Virus record (IMG/VR): IMGVR_UViG_3300046318_000529
Location: 4,190-68,189 of that record
Origin: a virus
DNA: 64,000 nucleotides
Reading direction: 5' to 3' (one strand)
The notes beneath the pieces were generated by a model. That model did no database searches, was not told the DNA's origin, and worked only from the letters and a program-made list of their open reading frames with translations. Below are positions 9,842-18,991 of the stretch, one piece after another; the stretch's first letter is position 1, and each line of letters opens with the position of its first letter. The position numbers and the translations under genes are program-made.

Positions 9842-10197
9842 AAACTAAAGACAAAAGTACTTTTAAACTGTTCATCCAATATGTCTTCAGGAACTACGGT
9901 AATAAGGTAGGTATGAGGCTTGAGGACTTGTTAATGTTCATGTGGTATGAGAAAACTTTTCCTAAAGAACTCCTAAATAGGGAAGAACTTTCGAGTATTT
10001 ATTCAGAATTCAAAGAGGATTGTGATAAGCTGACAGATTCTCTTTGTAAGTTTGAGAAGTTTAAAGAGCCTTCACAGAAAGCTTTTGTCGCTACAATATT
10101 AGTGTTAACGGAACTATCACTAGGTTATGGAATATTCCCTAGTGATTATGGCTTCAGTAGCTTCTTTGATTCCCAGGAAAATGTCGATTTCACTTAG
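9817..10197 (+). CDS. hypothetical protein
   Basis: 126-aa ORF directly upstream of RNAP. Confidence 0.6.
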   Translation: MSQNVVRLKTKDKSTFKLFIQYVFRNYGNKVGMRLEDLLMFMWYEKTFPKELLNREELSSIYSEFKEDCDKLTDSLCKFEKFKEPSQKAFVATILVLTELSLGYGIFPSDYGFSSFFDSQENVDFT

Positions 10198-10205
10198 GAA
10201 ACAGT

Positions 10206-12509
10206 ATGTCGCCAATCGAAAAACAAATAATTGCTGAGAAAGAGATACTCGATTTAGGTGTATCTAAACTTAAGGAAGTAGCTCTAGAAACTCTCAACGG
10301 AGAGGAAGGGTGGTTACATTCTTATGTCAGGGAATTAGTTTGGCCACTGTCTTTAGTGATACAGGATAGGTTTGAGGCAGAAGATAAAAGAGGAGGGGCA
10401 GGAAGGAAGACCTTATTTTACACCTTACTTAAAGAGGGGTTTGATCCTTTTGCCATATCTGTTTGTGTTCTTAACGCGACAATAAAAAGTGCGATACAAG
10501 AGAGGATACTCTTAACAATCTTATCGGGGGAGATAGGCAATAACATACAGGACTATTTTGGTAAAAAAATAACTAAATTCAATAAAATAGGACTAGGTGT
10601 AACTTTGCTTCACTCTCTTTCAGTTTCTTCACCAGGACTTTTTGAACTTGAGAAGGATATGGCTACAGGTACGGCAATTTACATGGTACAATTTAAAAGT
10701 TGTAGTAGTTTTAAAACCATAAAAAAATGTATTTCTCTTATATTGGGGAGGTATAGCCCTATGTCTGTTCCTCCTAAAACTTGGACAACAAGTAAAGAGG
10801 GTGGGTACCTATCGAGTGACTTATCTAAAAAAGCAACACTAGTAAGAAAAAGGAGTTCTGAAGCATATGAGAGTGTTTATAGTTATGAAGCAATGCCAGA
10901 TGTCTATGATTCAGTCAACTACATACAATCAGTACCTTACAGAATAAACAGTTTTATTTATGACGCGTTCACAAAAGCAGTGAGAAAGGGATTGAAAGTC
11001 AAAAACCTCCCAGCTTGCAAGCCTCTTACTTTATACTCTTATCCTCTACCAAAAAAACTAACTAAAGATAAGATGACAGAGGAACAAAGAGGTGTTCTTA
11101 AGAAGTGGATGACTGTTAATGGGCACATCAGGAAGGAGAAACAAAGATACCAATCAAAGATGTTCAACATAAAGATCATTAAAGAGGTTTGCGGTAAACT
11201 CCTTAACGAGGGAGACTTCTATTTCCCCCACAACCTAGATTATAGGGGGAGAATATATCCTGTTCCTGTTATTTTTAATCTTCACAGTCTAGACTATGTA
11301 AGGGCTATGTTGTTGTTTTCAGAAGAGAAAGCCCTCAAAAATGAGGAGGGTGTTAAATGGTTAGCAGTCCATGGTGCAAACTGTTTCGGGGTGGATAAAG
11401 AGTCATATGAAGACAGGGAGAGATGGGTAAAAGATAATGAGATGGCTATTCTTTTCGCGTACAGAGAACCTATGGCCTCTACTTTTTGGCACAAAGCTAA
11501 AGACCCTTTTCAGTTTCTAGCGTTTTGTAAAGAGTGGGCAGGGTATTGCAAGTTTGGTTATGGGTACAAAACAGGGCTGCCTATTGGGGTGGATGCAACT
11601 TGTTCTGGTTTGCAACATTACAGCGCTATGTTAAAAGACCCTGTAGGGGCTAGGTATGTTAACATCCTGCCGTCAAATAAACCCCAAGATATATATCAAG
11701 AAGTGGCTAATGTACTTGTCAAAAAACTAGAAGAGCTGGTGGCCTCAGGGGCTATACAAGACTCAGAAGAGGCTAAAAAATGGCTGGCACTAGGGATTAA
11801 TAGGAGTACTACTAAGAGGGTGGTTATGACAACTGTCTACAGTTTAACCCAATACGCATCTAGACAATATATTGAAGAGTACATAATAGACACCAACAAA
11901 GATGCCTTTATAGATACCTTTAAGGCCAGTTTATGGTTGTCGCCTTTTCTTTGGAAAGCCGTCACAGAGGTGATAAAAGGTGCAAGGGTAGCTATGGATT
12001 ACCTTAAAATGTGTACAAAAGACCTATCTAAGATGCAGGAAGGGATAATATGGCAGGTTCCTAGTGGTTTTATATCCCACCAAAAATGTATGAAGAAAGA
12101 GAAAAAAGAAGTCAAGTGTGATTTTGGAGACAGGAGGATATCTCTCACTATCTATGATGACTCAGACAAGATAAACTCAAGTAAACAAGTTAATGCAGTT
12201 TGCCCTAATATTATCCACAGCCTAGATGCCTGTCATCTAATGATGGTTGCTAATAGGTCTAAAGGGGAGGGTTTGTCAGGGTTCGGTGCTATACATGATT
12301 GTTTTTTTACGCACCCTAGTGATGTAGGTGTTTTACAGAAGGTTATAAGAGAGTCTTTTGTGGACATGTACCATGAAAGTTCTTTTTTAGAAGATTTTAA
12401 GGTCTTCTTAGAATATAAATATAACATAAAACTACCTCAAGTACCTGTAGATGATAGTTTTACCCTCAACCTAAGAGAGGTCTTACAAAGCCCTTATTTT
12501 TTCTGCTAG
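10206..12509 (+). CDS. T7-like single-subunit DNA-directed RNA polymerase
   Basis: PMSVPPKTW, DYRGRIY, DATCSGLQH, RSTTKRVVMTTVY, PNIIHSLDA, IHDCF, SPYFF. Confidence 0.97.
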   Translation: MSPIEKQIIAEKEILDLGVSKLKEVALETLNGEEGWLHSYVRELVWPLSLVIQDRFEAEDKRGGAGRKTLFYTLLKEGFDPFAISVCVLNATIKSAIQERILLTILSGEIGNNIQDYFGKKITKFNKIGLGVTLLHSLSVSSPGLFELEKDMATGTAIYMVQFKSCSSFKTIKKCISLILGRYSPMSVPPKTWTTSKEGGYLSSDLSKKATLVRKRSSEAYESVYSYEAMPDVYDSVNYIQSVPYRINSFIYDAFTKAVRKGLKVKNLPACKPLTLYSYPLPKKLTKDKMTEEQRGVLKKWMTVNGHIRKEKQRYQSKMFNIKIIKEVCGKLLNEGDFYFPHNLDYRGRIYPVPVIFNLHSLDYVRAMLLFSEEKALKNEEGVKWLAVHGANCFGVDKESYEDRERWVKDNEMAILFAYREPMASTFWHKAKDPFQFLAFCKEWAGYCKFGYGYKTGLPIGVDATCSGLQHYSAMLKDPVGARYVNILPSNKPQDIYQEVANVLVKKLEELVASGAIQDSEEAKKWLALGINRSTTKRVVMTTVYSLTQYASRQYIEEYIIDTNKDAFIDTFKASLWLSPFLWKAVTEVIKGARVAMDYLKMCTKDLSKMQEGIIWQVPSGFISHQKCMKKEKKEVKCDFGDRRISLTIYDDSDKINSSKQVNAVCPNIIHSLDACHLMMVANRSKGEGLSGFGAIHDCFFTHPSDVGVLQKVIRESFVDMYHESSFLEDFKVFLEYKYNIKLPQVPVDDSFTLNLREVLQSPYFFC

Positions 12510-12542
12510 GTCCAGTAATAAACAACAACTTAGATGCTGTTC

Positions 12543-12566
12543 AATTAATGTCGACTATATAAAGAG
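12543..12566 (+). promoter_or_regulatory. putative phage RNAP late promoter
   Basis: AATTAATGTCGACTATA identical to 2944-2960, positioned at the head of the packaging/structural operon. Confidence 0.75.
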
Positions 12567-12666
12567 ACTGTGACCATATAAAACAGACATCACTTTGTGA
12601 CGCATAGCGATCACCCTGCTGCACAGTGTGTGTTAGAATTAAACGAAACACTATGAAAATGACCCT

Positions 12667-13242
12667 ATGAACAATTTTGAAGGTAGGACACTTAAGCCAC
12701 TGACCTACGACGAGATAAAAGAATTACCAGATACAGAGAAGCCTAATTATAGAGGTGAAGATTCTCTAGGTAAATATATCGTTGACGGTTATGGTATTAA
12801 AAGACGAGAGGGTGAGAGGGGTGGGCCTTTGGCAGAAAGACCACCTCTGGTGACTGAAAGATCAGAGTCACCCCAACCTAAGGTAGCTAAAATACAGAAA
12901 AAAACCCTTAAGTCATTCTTAGCTAATAAACCAAGATGGAAAGACCCAGGGGAGATACTGTTAGCTATAGCTAATGGTGATAAAGAATTTTTCAACAACT
13001 CTAGGCTAAACAAAGATACGAAAGTAGAGGATATCCCTCTTTTCATGAGAATGGATGCTGCTAAGCAACTTCTACCTTACCTATACAGTAAGCCTGTGTC
13101 TATACTAGAGACAGAAGAAACAGTAGAAGAGAAAGCACATAGGCCTCAGGTCATGGTTATTCTCGGCAGTAACGGTCATGAGCTTGTTAAACCTGAAAAT
13201 AGAGGTTATAATGGTTTAGAAGATAACCAAGAAGAGATTTGA
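12667..13242 (+). CDS. probable terminase small subunit
   Basis: Immediately upstream of TerL; RMDAAKQLLPYLYSK motif. Confidence 0.65.
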   Translation: MNNFEGRTLKPLTYDEIKELPDTEKPNYRGEDSLGKYIVDGYGIKRREGERGGPLAERPPLVTERSESPQPKVAKIQKKTLKSFLANKPRWKDPGEILLAIANGDKEFFNNSRLNKDTKVEDIPLFMRMDAAKQLLPYLYSKPVSILETEETVEEKAHRPQVMVILGSNGHELVKPENRGYNGLEDNQEEI

Positions 13243-13245
13243 AAT

Positions 13246-15795
13246 ATGAGAGACGATGCTTATGATGATAAAGATAAGATTTTCAAGCCTCAGCCAGGCC
13301 CACAGACAGCCTTTATAGAAAGTAAAGCGGATATTGCCATTTATGGGGGCTCAGCAGGCTCGGGTAAGCTCTTGATTTTAAAGGAGAAAGTACAAACGCC
13401 CACAGGAGAGGTTGAGATACAAGATGTAAAAGTAGGAGACAAGATCTTTAACCCTGACGGCAACACTCAAGACATTCTTCAAATACACCATCATAAAAAT
13501 GTTAATATTTATAAAGTTTCATTTAATGATGGCACATTTGTAAAGGCTTGTGAAGATCATCTATGGAACACTTGGAAGGCAGGCATAAGAACCAACAAAG
13601 CCATAAAACTGATTAAAAGTGGAACCCCTGATCCAGTTTTTAGCCTCTACCCACTGTCAGCTGAGGTAATGCGCACTAAAGATATAAAAGACAACTGGTT
13701 GTCAAAAGGGATAAAACCTCTGATACCTTGCACAAAACCCCTAGACTACAAAATAAAGAGCAACCTACTAAAAATAGACCCTTACCTCCTTGGGATTCTT
13801 ATAGGGGACGGTTGCTTCTCTGATAAGAGTATGGTTAGGAGTAAAAGGATACGTATTTGTAAGCCAGACAAAGAAATCCTAGAATATCCCTCTAAAGTAG
13901 GGTTCTCGACTGAAATTATCCCACCCTCTGGGTCTAAATGCCCTTACGTAGAGTTTAAAAGGGATAAAAAAGACGCTGAACTAAGGGAGGATCTGGTTAA
14001 GTGCGGTTTGTTTGGGACTTATTCACACAGTAAGTTTATACCAGAAGAGTTTTTTACCCGCCCATTAAAAGACAGGTTATCACTGGTTCAAGGGATATTT
14101 GACACAGACGGCACTTGTGCAGAAAAAGAATCCAACATAACATGGACTACTGTTTCTGAGAAACTGTCTGAAGGGGTTGTAAAATTAGTACAATCTTTAG
14201 GAGGGTGGGTCTCTGTATCTACAGAGGAAGCTGGGGTGAACCCTAACAGGAAACATAAAAGAGATTGCCAAAAACTTTATAAACATTATGTGAAACTCCC
14301 TGTAGAGTGCCCTCCTTTTAGGATGAAGAGAAAACTTTCCAAATACAGGAAACCTACTAGGAGGTTGTATAGAACGATAGTTTCTATCGAGTTTGATCAC
14401 ATAGGAGAAGGGAAGTGCCTAACTGTATCTAACCCTAACGGACTTTTCATAACCACAAATTTTATAGTGACCCACAACTCTTTTGCAATTCTTTTGGAAT
14501 CTTTGAGGAACATTAATATTCCTAATTTTTACACAATGATTTTGAGAAGAACTTCTAATGAGGTACTAGGCCCAGGATCTTTATGGGATGAATCTCACAA
14601 TATTTACCCTCATTTTGAAGGGGAGTCTTTTGTTACTAGAAGAACTTGGAAGTTCCCTACTGGGGCTAAAACTCAGTTTGCTTTTATAGAATTAGAGAAG
14701 GATTTGGAGAGGTTCAAAGGTACACAAGCCCCTCTAATCATGTTTGATGAGTTGACAACATTTTCAGAACGTATGTTTTTCTATATGTTATCAAGGAACA
14801 GGTCAACCACAGGTATCCCTGGCTACATTCGTGCTACTACTAACCCTGAAGAAGGTTGGGTAAGAAAACTCATAGCTTGGTGGTTAGATGACACAGGTTA
14901 CCCTATCCCTTATCGTTCTGGCGTTATCCGTTGGTTTGTAAGGATAGAAGGAGAGATGTTTTGGGCAGACAAGCCGGAGGAACTTATTGAGATGTTCCCT
15001 GGCCAACGAGTCCTACCTAAGTCTTTAACTTTCATCCCGGCTAAGTTGTCAGACAATAAAAAGATGATGGATAAAGACCCAGGGTATGAATCTTCACTGA
15101 TGGCCATGTCAAGGGTAGACCGTCTTAAATTGTTAGACGGCTGTTGGCTAGCACAAGCTACTTTCGGAAGCTATTTTGAGAGGTCTTGGTGTGACCTAGT
15201 AATGATGCCAGATGAACCTTGCCGATGGGTAAGGTACTGGGATAGAGCTTCTTCTGAGCCGAGTGAAACATACCCAAACCCAGATTATACTGCTGGTGTT
15301 TTGATGGGTATAGGTAAACAAACAGGCTCATTCTACATAAAAGATGTGGTAAGGTTTAGGGCAAAACCAATGAAAGTCCATGCTGAAATCAGAAAAACAG
15401 CTGAAAAGGATAAAAAACTTTACGGCAATGTTCGTGTCGTAATAGAGAAAGATCCAGGACAAGCAGGGGCATCAGATGCTCACTACCTTGTCAACCACCT
15501 CAAAGGGTTTGAAGTCAGAGTAAGAAGTGCTACTAAAGATAAGCTTACACGGTTCCTGCCTTTCTCAGCAGCAGCAGAGAATGGCTTAATTAAGGTTTGC
15601 CGTGGGGAATGGAATGAAGCTTTCTTAGCTGAACTAGAAAGGTTTATAGGTGATGGCGTAGGAAAGGACGATCAAGTGGATGGAGCTAGTGGTGGTTTTA
15701 ATGAGCTACTAAGTAAAGCGTACTCAGCACCTAATCTCGTAATGCCAGACTTATCTTTCAAAGGACTAGGCATCTCATCTAATGTAAGGTTTTAA
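13246..15795 (+). CDS. terL: terminase large subunit, intein-containing
   Basis: YGGSAGSGK|S Walker A, FDELT Walker B, RATTNP, RYWDRA, DDQVDG nuclease motifs. Confidence 0.95.
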   Translation: MRDDAYDDKDKIFKPQPGPQTAFIESKADIAIYGGSAGSGKLLILKEKVQTPTGEVEIQDVKVGDKIFNPDGNTQDILQIHHHKNVNIYKVSFNDGTFVKACEDHLWNTWKAGIRTNKAIKLIKSGTPDPVFSLYPLSAEVMRTKDIKDNWLSKGIKPLIPCTKPLDYKIKSNLLKIDPYLLGILIGDGCFSDKSMVRSKRIRICKPDKEILEYPSKVGFSTEIIPPSGSKCPYVEFKRDKKDAELREDLVKCGLFGTYSHSKFIPEEFFTRPLKDRLSLVQGIFDTDGTCAEKESNITWTTVSEKLSEGVVKLVQSLGGWVSVSTEEAGVNPNRKHKRDCQKLYKHYVKLPVECPPFRMKRKLSKYRKPTRRLYRTIVSIEFDHIGEGKCLTVSNPNGLFITTNFIVTHNSFAILLESLRNINIPNFYTMILRRTSNEVLGPGSLWDESHNIYPHFEGESFVTRRTWKFPTGAKTQFAFIELEKDLERFKGTQAPLIMFDELTTFSERMFFYMLSRNRSTTGIPGYIRATTNPEEGWVRKLIAWWLDDTGYPIPYRSGVIRWFVRIEGEMFWADKPEELIEMFPGQRVLPKSLTFIPAKLSDNKKMMDKDPGYESSLMAMSRVDRLKLLDGCWLAQATFGSYFERSWCDLVMMPDEPCRWVRYWDRASSEPSETYPNPDYTAGVLMGIGKQTGSFYIKDVVRFRAKPMKVHAEIRKTAEKDKKLYGNVRVVIEKDPGQAGASDAHYLVNHLKGFEVRVRSATKDKLTRFLPFSAAAENGLIKVCRGEWNEAFLAELERFIGDGVGKDDQVDGASGGFNELLSKAYSAPNLVMPDLSFKGLGISSNVRF
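13369..14478 (+). mobile_element. class 3 intein with LAGLIDADG homing endonuclease (370 aa)
   Basis: Inserted between K and S of Walker A; block B CEDHLW, LLGILIGDG and QGIFDTDG, block F KCLTV, block G FIVTHN/S; starts with Leu. Confidence 0.88.
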
Positions 15796-15867
15796 ATTAA
15801 CAGTACCTGCCAAGCCTATGCCTAGGTATGCTCAAACCGGCAGGTCATTTATTTTGTAGGGTGAAAA

Positions 15868-17211
15868 ATGGATAAAAGTTTATATAAGCCCATAGGAGTT
15901 TCTGGCCTGCGCCACTCTGGTGGCATAATTCAGGAAGAGTTTCTACCTGAATTAAGGAACAGTGAAGCTCTTAAAGTTTTTAGACAAATGTCCACTAATG
16001 ATGCTACTGTCAGCTCAATGTTGTTTGCTATTAAAATGCTTATACGTGGAATAGAGTGGGATGTCACCCCTTTTTCAGACAAGCCTAGGCATATTAATCA
16101 AGCTGATGAATTGAGAACAATGCTAGATGATATGGATATAAGCTGGGCAGACACCCTCTCAGAGATTATGTCTTTTCTAGTTTACGGTTTCAGCATTCAT
16201 GAGATAGTCCTCAAAAAGCGTCAAGGCCGTAAAAAAGGCTCTAAATATAATGACGGTCTTGTGGGCATTAAAAAACTTGCAATTAGAGGCCAAGAAACTA
16301 TCCAATATTGGAAGTTTGATGAGTATGGTGACCTTTTGTGGGTGGAGCAAGTAGACCCTAATACCGCTAAACGTAACATTTTAAGGCGAGATAAGTTTCT
16401 TCTTTTCAAAGCAGATTCCTATAAAGAAAACCCAGCTTCTACCTCTATTCTAAGGAATAGTTACAGAGCATGGAAACTTAAAACTAAAATAGAAGATTAT
16501 GAAGCTGTAGGCATAAGTAGAGACTTAGCAGGAATGCCTGTTATATATGTTCCTGCTCAAATGCTAGGAGAAGATGCAACAGACGAAGAGAAAAGTGCAG
16601 TAGAATATTTCAAAAAGGTAATAACCTCTGTTCAAAACAACGAACAATCAGGTGTTATGATCCCTGCTCTCTATGACGAAAATGGTAACAAACTTTTTGA
16701 CTTCCAGCTAATGAGTTCAGGCGGGACAAGACAGTTCGATACTTCTGCAATTATCCAACGTTATAATACACAGATAGTGCAAACAGTACTGGCTGATTTT
16801 ATCATGCTTGGCCAAGGTTCACAAGGTTCTTATGCCCTTTCTAGTAATAAGACTAAGCTTTTTACAGTGGCCATCCAATCGTGGTTAAAATCTGTAGTCC
16901 ATGAATTAAACAACAACCTAGTTACTAAACTAGGTGAGTATAATGGTTGGAAGCAAGATGAGCTGCCAAGGATAACACACGGTGAACTTGAAAGCCAAGA
17001 TGTTAATGGTATCTCAACGTTCATATCCGACCTAGCTAAAGCTGGTGTTATCACATATGACGTTAAACTAGAGAACTACATGAGAAGTCTTGTAGATGGC
17101 CCACTTACCGATGGAAGTGGTAAACCCTTAGGGGCAGCTAATAAAGATAATAAAAATGTTACTACTACCCCAACTGCATCAGGCAAACCAACAGGAGAGG
17201 CGAAAACTTAA
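15868..17211 (+). CDS. portal protein
   Basis: Follows TerL; YGFSIHEIV, RDLAGMPV, LADFIMLG, GSYALS. Confidence 0.88.
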   Translation: MDKSLYKPIGVSGLRHSGGIIQEEFLPELRNSEALKVFRQMSTNDATVSSMLFAIKMLIRGIEWDVTPFSDKPRHINQADELRTMLDDMDISWADTLSEIMSFLVYGFSIHEIVLKKRQGRKKGSKYNDGLVGIKKLAIRGQETIQYWKFDEYGDLLWVEQVDPNTAKRNILRRDKFLLFKADSYKENPASTSILRNSYRAWKLKTKIEDYEAVGISRDLAGMPVIYVPAQMLGEDATDEEKSAVEYFKKVITSVQNNEQSGVMIPALYDENGNKLFDFQLMSSGGTRQFDTSAIIQRYNTQIVQTVLADFIMLGQGSQGSYALSSNKTKLFTVAIQSWLKSVVHELNNNLVTKLGEYNGWKQDELPRITHGELESQDVNGISTFISDLAKAGVITYDVKLENYMRSLVDGPLTDGSGKPLGAANKDNKNVTTTPTASGKPTGEAKT

Positions 17212-17648
17212 TGAGTTTTAAAGCAAAACTAAAAGCAATGTTTGAGTCTTTCTTAGACAAAGAGATTGTTGAAGATGATAGTAAGTTTATTAGTAAATCG
17301 AACGATGAGCTTAGAGAAGTTACTGGCATTGTCCTCGTACCGGAAGAAGTTGATCTTCAAGGGGACATATACTCTGAGGAAGAAATACACAAAGCTATGA
17401 TTAGTTTCAACACTTTGTGTAACAGAACTAAGTTACAACACGCTGTAGGCTCCGAGTCCCAAGTAATAGAGAGTTGGCAAGCCAAGTCAGACGAGATCAT
17501 AAACGGCAAGGTAGTTAAAAAAGGCAGCTGGCTTTTAACAATGAAGCTTCCCCTCACAGAGTGGGAAATGGTTAAGAACGGCATGTTTAGTGGGTTCTCA
17601 GTAGGTTGTAGGGCCAGACCAGAAAATTTAGGAGAACAGTATGACTGA
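17211..17648 (+). CDS. XkdF-like prohead serine protease (N-part)
   Basis: VLVPEEVDLQGD, QH, ESW, KKGSW, WEMVKNGMFSGFSVG. Confidence 0.85.
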   Translation: MSFKAKLKAMFESFLDKEIVEDDSKFISKSNDELREVTGIVLVPEEVDLQGDIYSEEEIHKAMISFNTLCNRTKLQHAVGSESQVIESWQAKSDEIINGKVVKKGSWLLTMKLPLTEWEMVKNGMFSGFSVGCRARPENLGEQYD

Positions 17649-18543
17649 CATAGCAAGACCAGAGCCAAGAAAGAGGCTTTTCGACTTCGACTTCTCTGAG
17701 GAAGGCGCAGAGATAAGCTTAGTAGACAAAGCTGCTAATGGGCATAAATTTCTTATGCTTAAAGCTGCCCCTGCTTCTGAAGAAGAAAAACCTGTTGAGG
17801 TTGTTGAAGAAAAAGATGCTGAAGAGGTAACTAAAAACCTAAGCACTTTAATGGGGATATTAGGACAACTCCTAGGAAACCCTGAACAGCAACAACAAGC
17901 CGCACCAGTTACTCAGCAGAACGGATTCGATGTTGAGTTAGGTAAGTTCTTGGCGTACTTGACTGATCAAGTCAGACAAAGTGCACCTGAATCACCATCC
18001 CCGCACCGTGTGAACGAAAGTACCCAATACAATCCAACACCAGCAACTATGTATTTAACAGAAAAAAGTGAGGAAAATGAAATGCCTTTAGAGGATGTCA
18101 TTAAGTCAGAAGAAGGTCAAAAGTTTATCAACGAATTAGTTGAGAAAGCTATTGATGGCGTGAAAAAGGAAAATGAGGATCTTAAAAAGTCTTTGAAGTT
18201 TTTCCAAGAAGAGCAAGAAGTACTACGTTCAAAGCAGTTTGTAGAAGTTGCTAAAAGCTTAGGTTCGCTTGGTTTCACAGAAGAGCATGGTAATTTGTTG
18301 AAAAGTATTTGTGACAAATCACCAGAAGAATATCAACAACTATCTGTAATTTTAGAAAAAGCTTCTAAGATCAGCAAAAGTGAAGATATGTTCCAAGAAG
18401 TAGGTACTGCCGCTGAAGGTGATTCTGATCAACTTATAGACGGTCTTCCTAAAAACATAGTCCTTATGGCTAACGAATTACAAAAAGCAGACAAATCTTT
18501 AACACGTCCCCAAGCTGTTGCTAAGGCTTACAAATCTAGATAA
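17641..18543 (+). CDS. protease C-part / capsid scaffold
   Basis: EISLVDKAANG then long acidic coiled coil; in-frame internal ATG 18082 with GAGGA RBS. Confidence 0.75.
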   Translation: MTDIARPEPRKRLFDFDFSEEGAEISLVDKAANGHKFLMLKAAPASEEEKPVEVVEEKDAEEVTKNLSTLMGILGQLLGNPEQQQQAAPVTQQNGFDVELGKFLAYLTDQVRQSAPESPSPHRVNESTQYNPTPATMYLTEKSEENEMPLEDVIKSEEGQKFINELVEKAIDGVKKENEDLKKSLKFFQEEQEVLRSKQFVEVAKSLGSLGFTEEHGNLLKSICDKSPEEYQQLSVILEKASKISKSEDMFQEVGTAAEGDSDQLIDGLPKNIVLMANELQKADKSLTRPQAVAKAYKSR

Positions 18544-18556
18544 GAGGTATTTTTAC

Positions 18557-18970
18557 ATGTTTTCATACAAAGGCGAAGATGTTGGTGTTTTTGTTTCTAG
18601 CGCAAACTTAGACCCATTAAACGGCGGAACTAACCACCTATACAAAGCAGTTAAACTTAATGGCACGACTGGCAAAGTTGATGTTGTTTCTGCAATCGGT
18701 GACGTAGTTTTCGGTGTTCTTCAAGGACAACCAAGAGCTGACCAAGCTGCATTAGTAAGGATTGAAGGCGTAAGCAAAATGATCGCTGGTGGAGTTATTG
18801 CACTTAACTCACCTGTTTACTTAGCCGCTACGGGCAAATGCTTAGCTACGGCTGGCGCTGCTTCTGGTGCAAGATTTTTAGGCACGGCACTTTCTGCCGC
18901 AGCAGCTGATGGAGAGCATATTACTGTTCTTTTAGCTGACCAAAATACAACCACCCCTGTTAAAGCTTAA
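18557..18970 (+). CDS. DUF2190-like capsid cement/decoration protein
   Basis: Between scaffold and MCP; GVLQ..P, G.ALSAAAADGE.I.V; GAGGT RBS supports ATG 18557. Confidence 0.75.
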   Translation: MFSYKGEDVGVFVSSANLDPLNGGTNHLYKAVKLNGTTGKVDVVSAIGDVVFGVLQGQPRADQAALVRIEGVSKMIAGGVIALNSPVYLAATGKCLATAGAASGARFLGTALSAAAADGEHITVLLADQNTTTPVKA

Positions 18971-18991
18971 CAACTAATCTAGGAGATAACC

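Noticed and set aside
15804-15846. ACCTGCC/GGCAGGT stem between terL and portal
   Set aside because: Could be an attenuator or processing site, but the large loop and weak U-tract give too little support.
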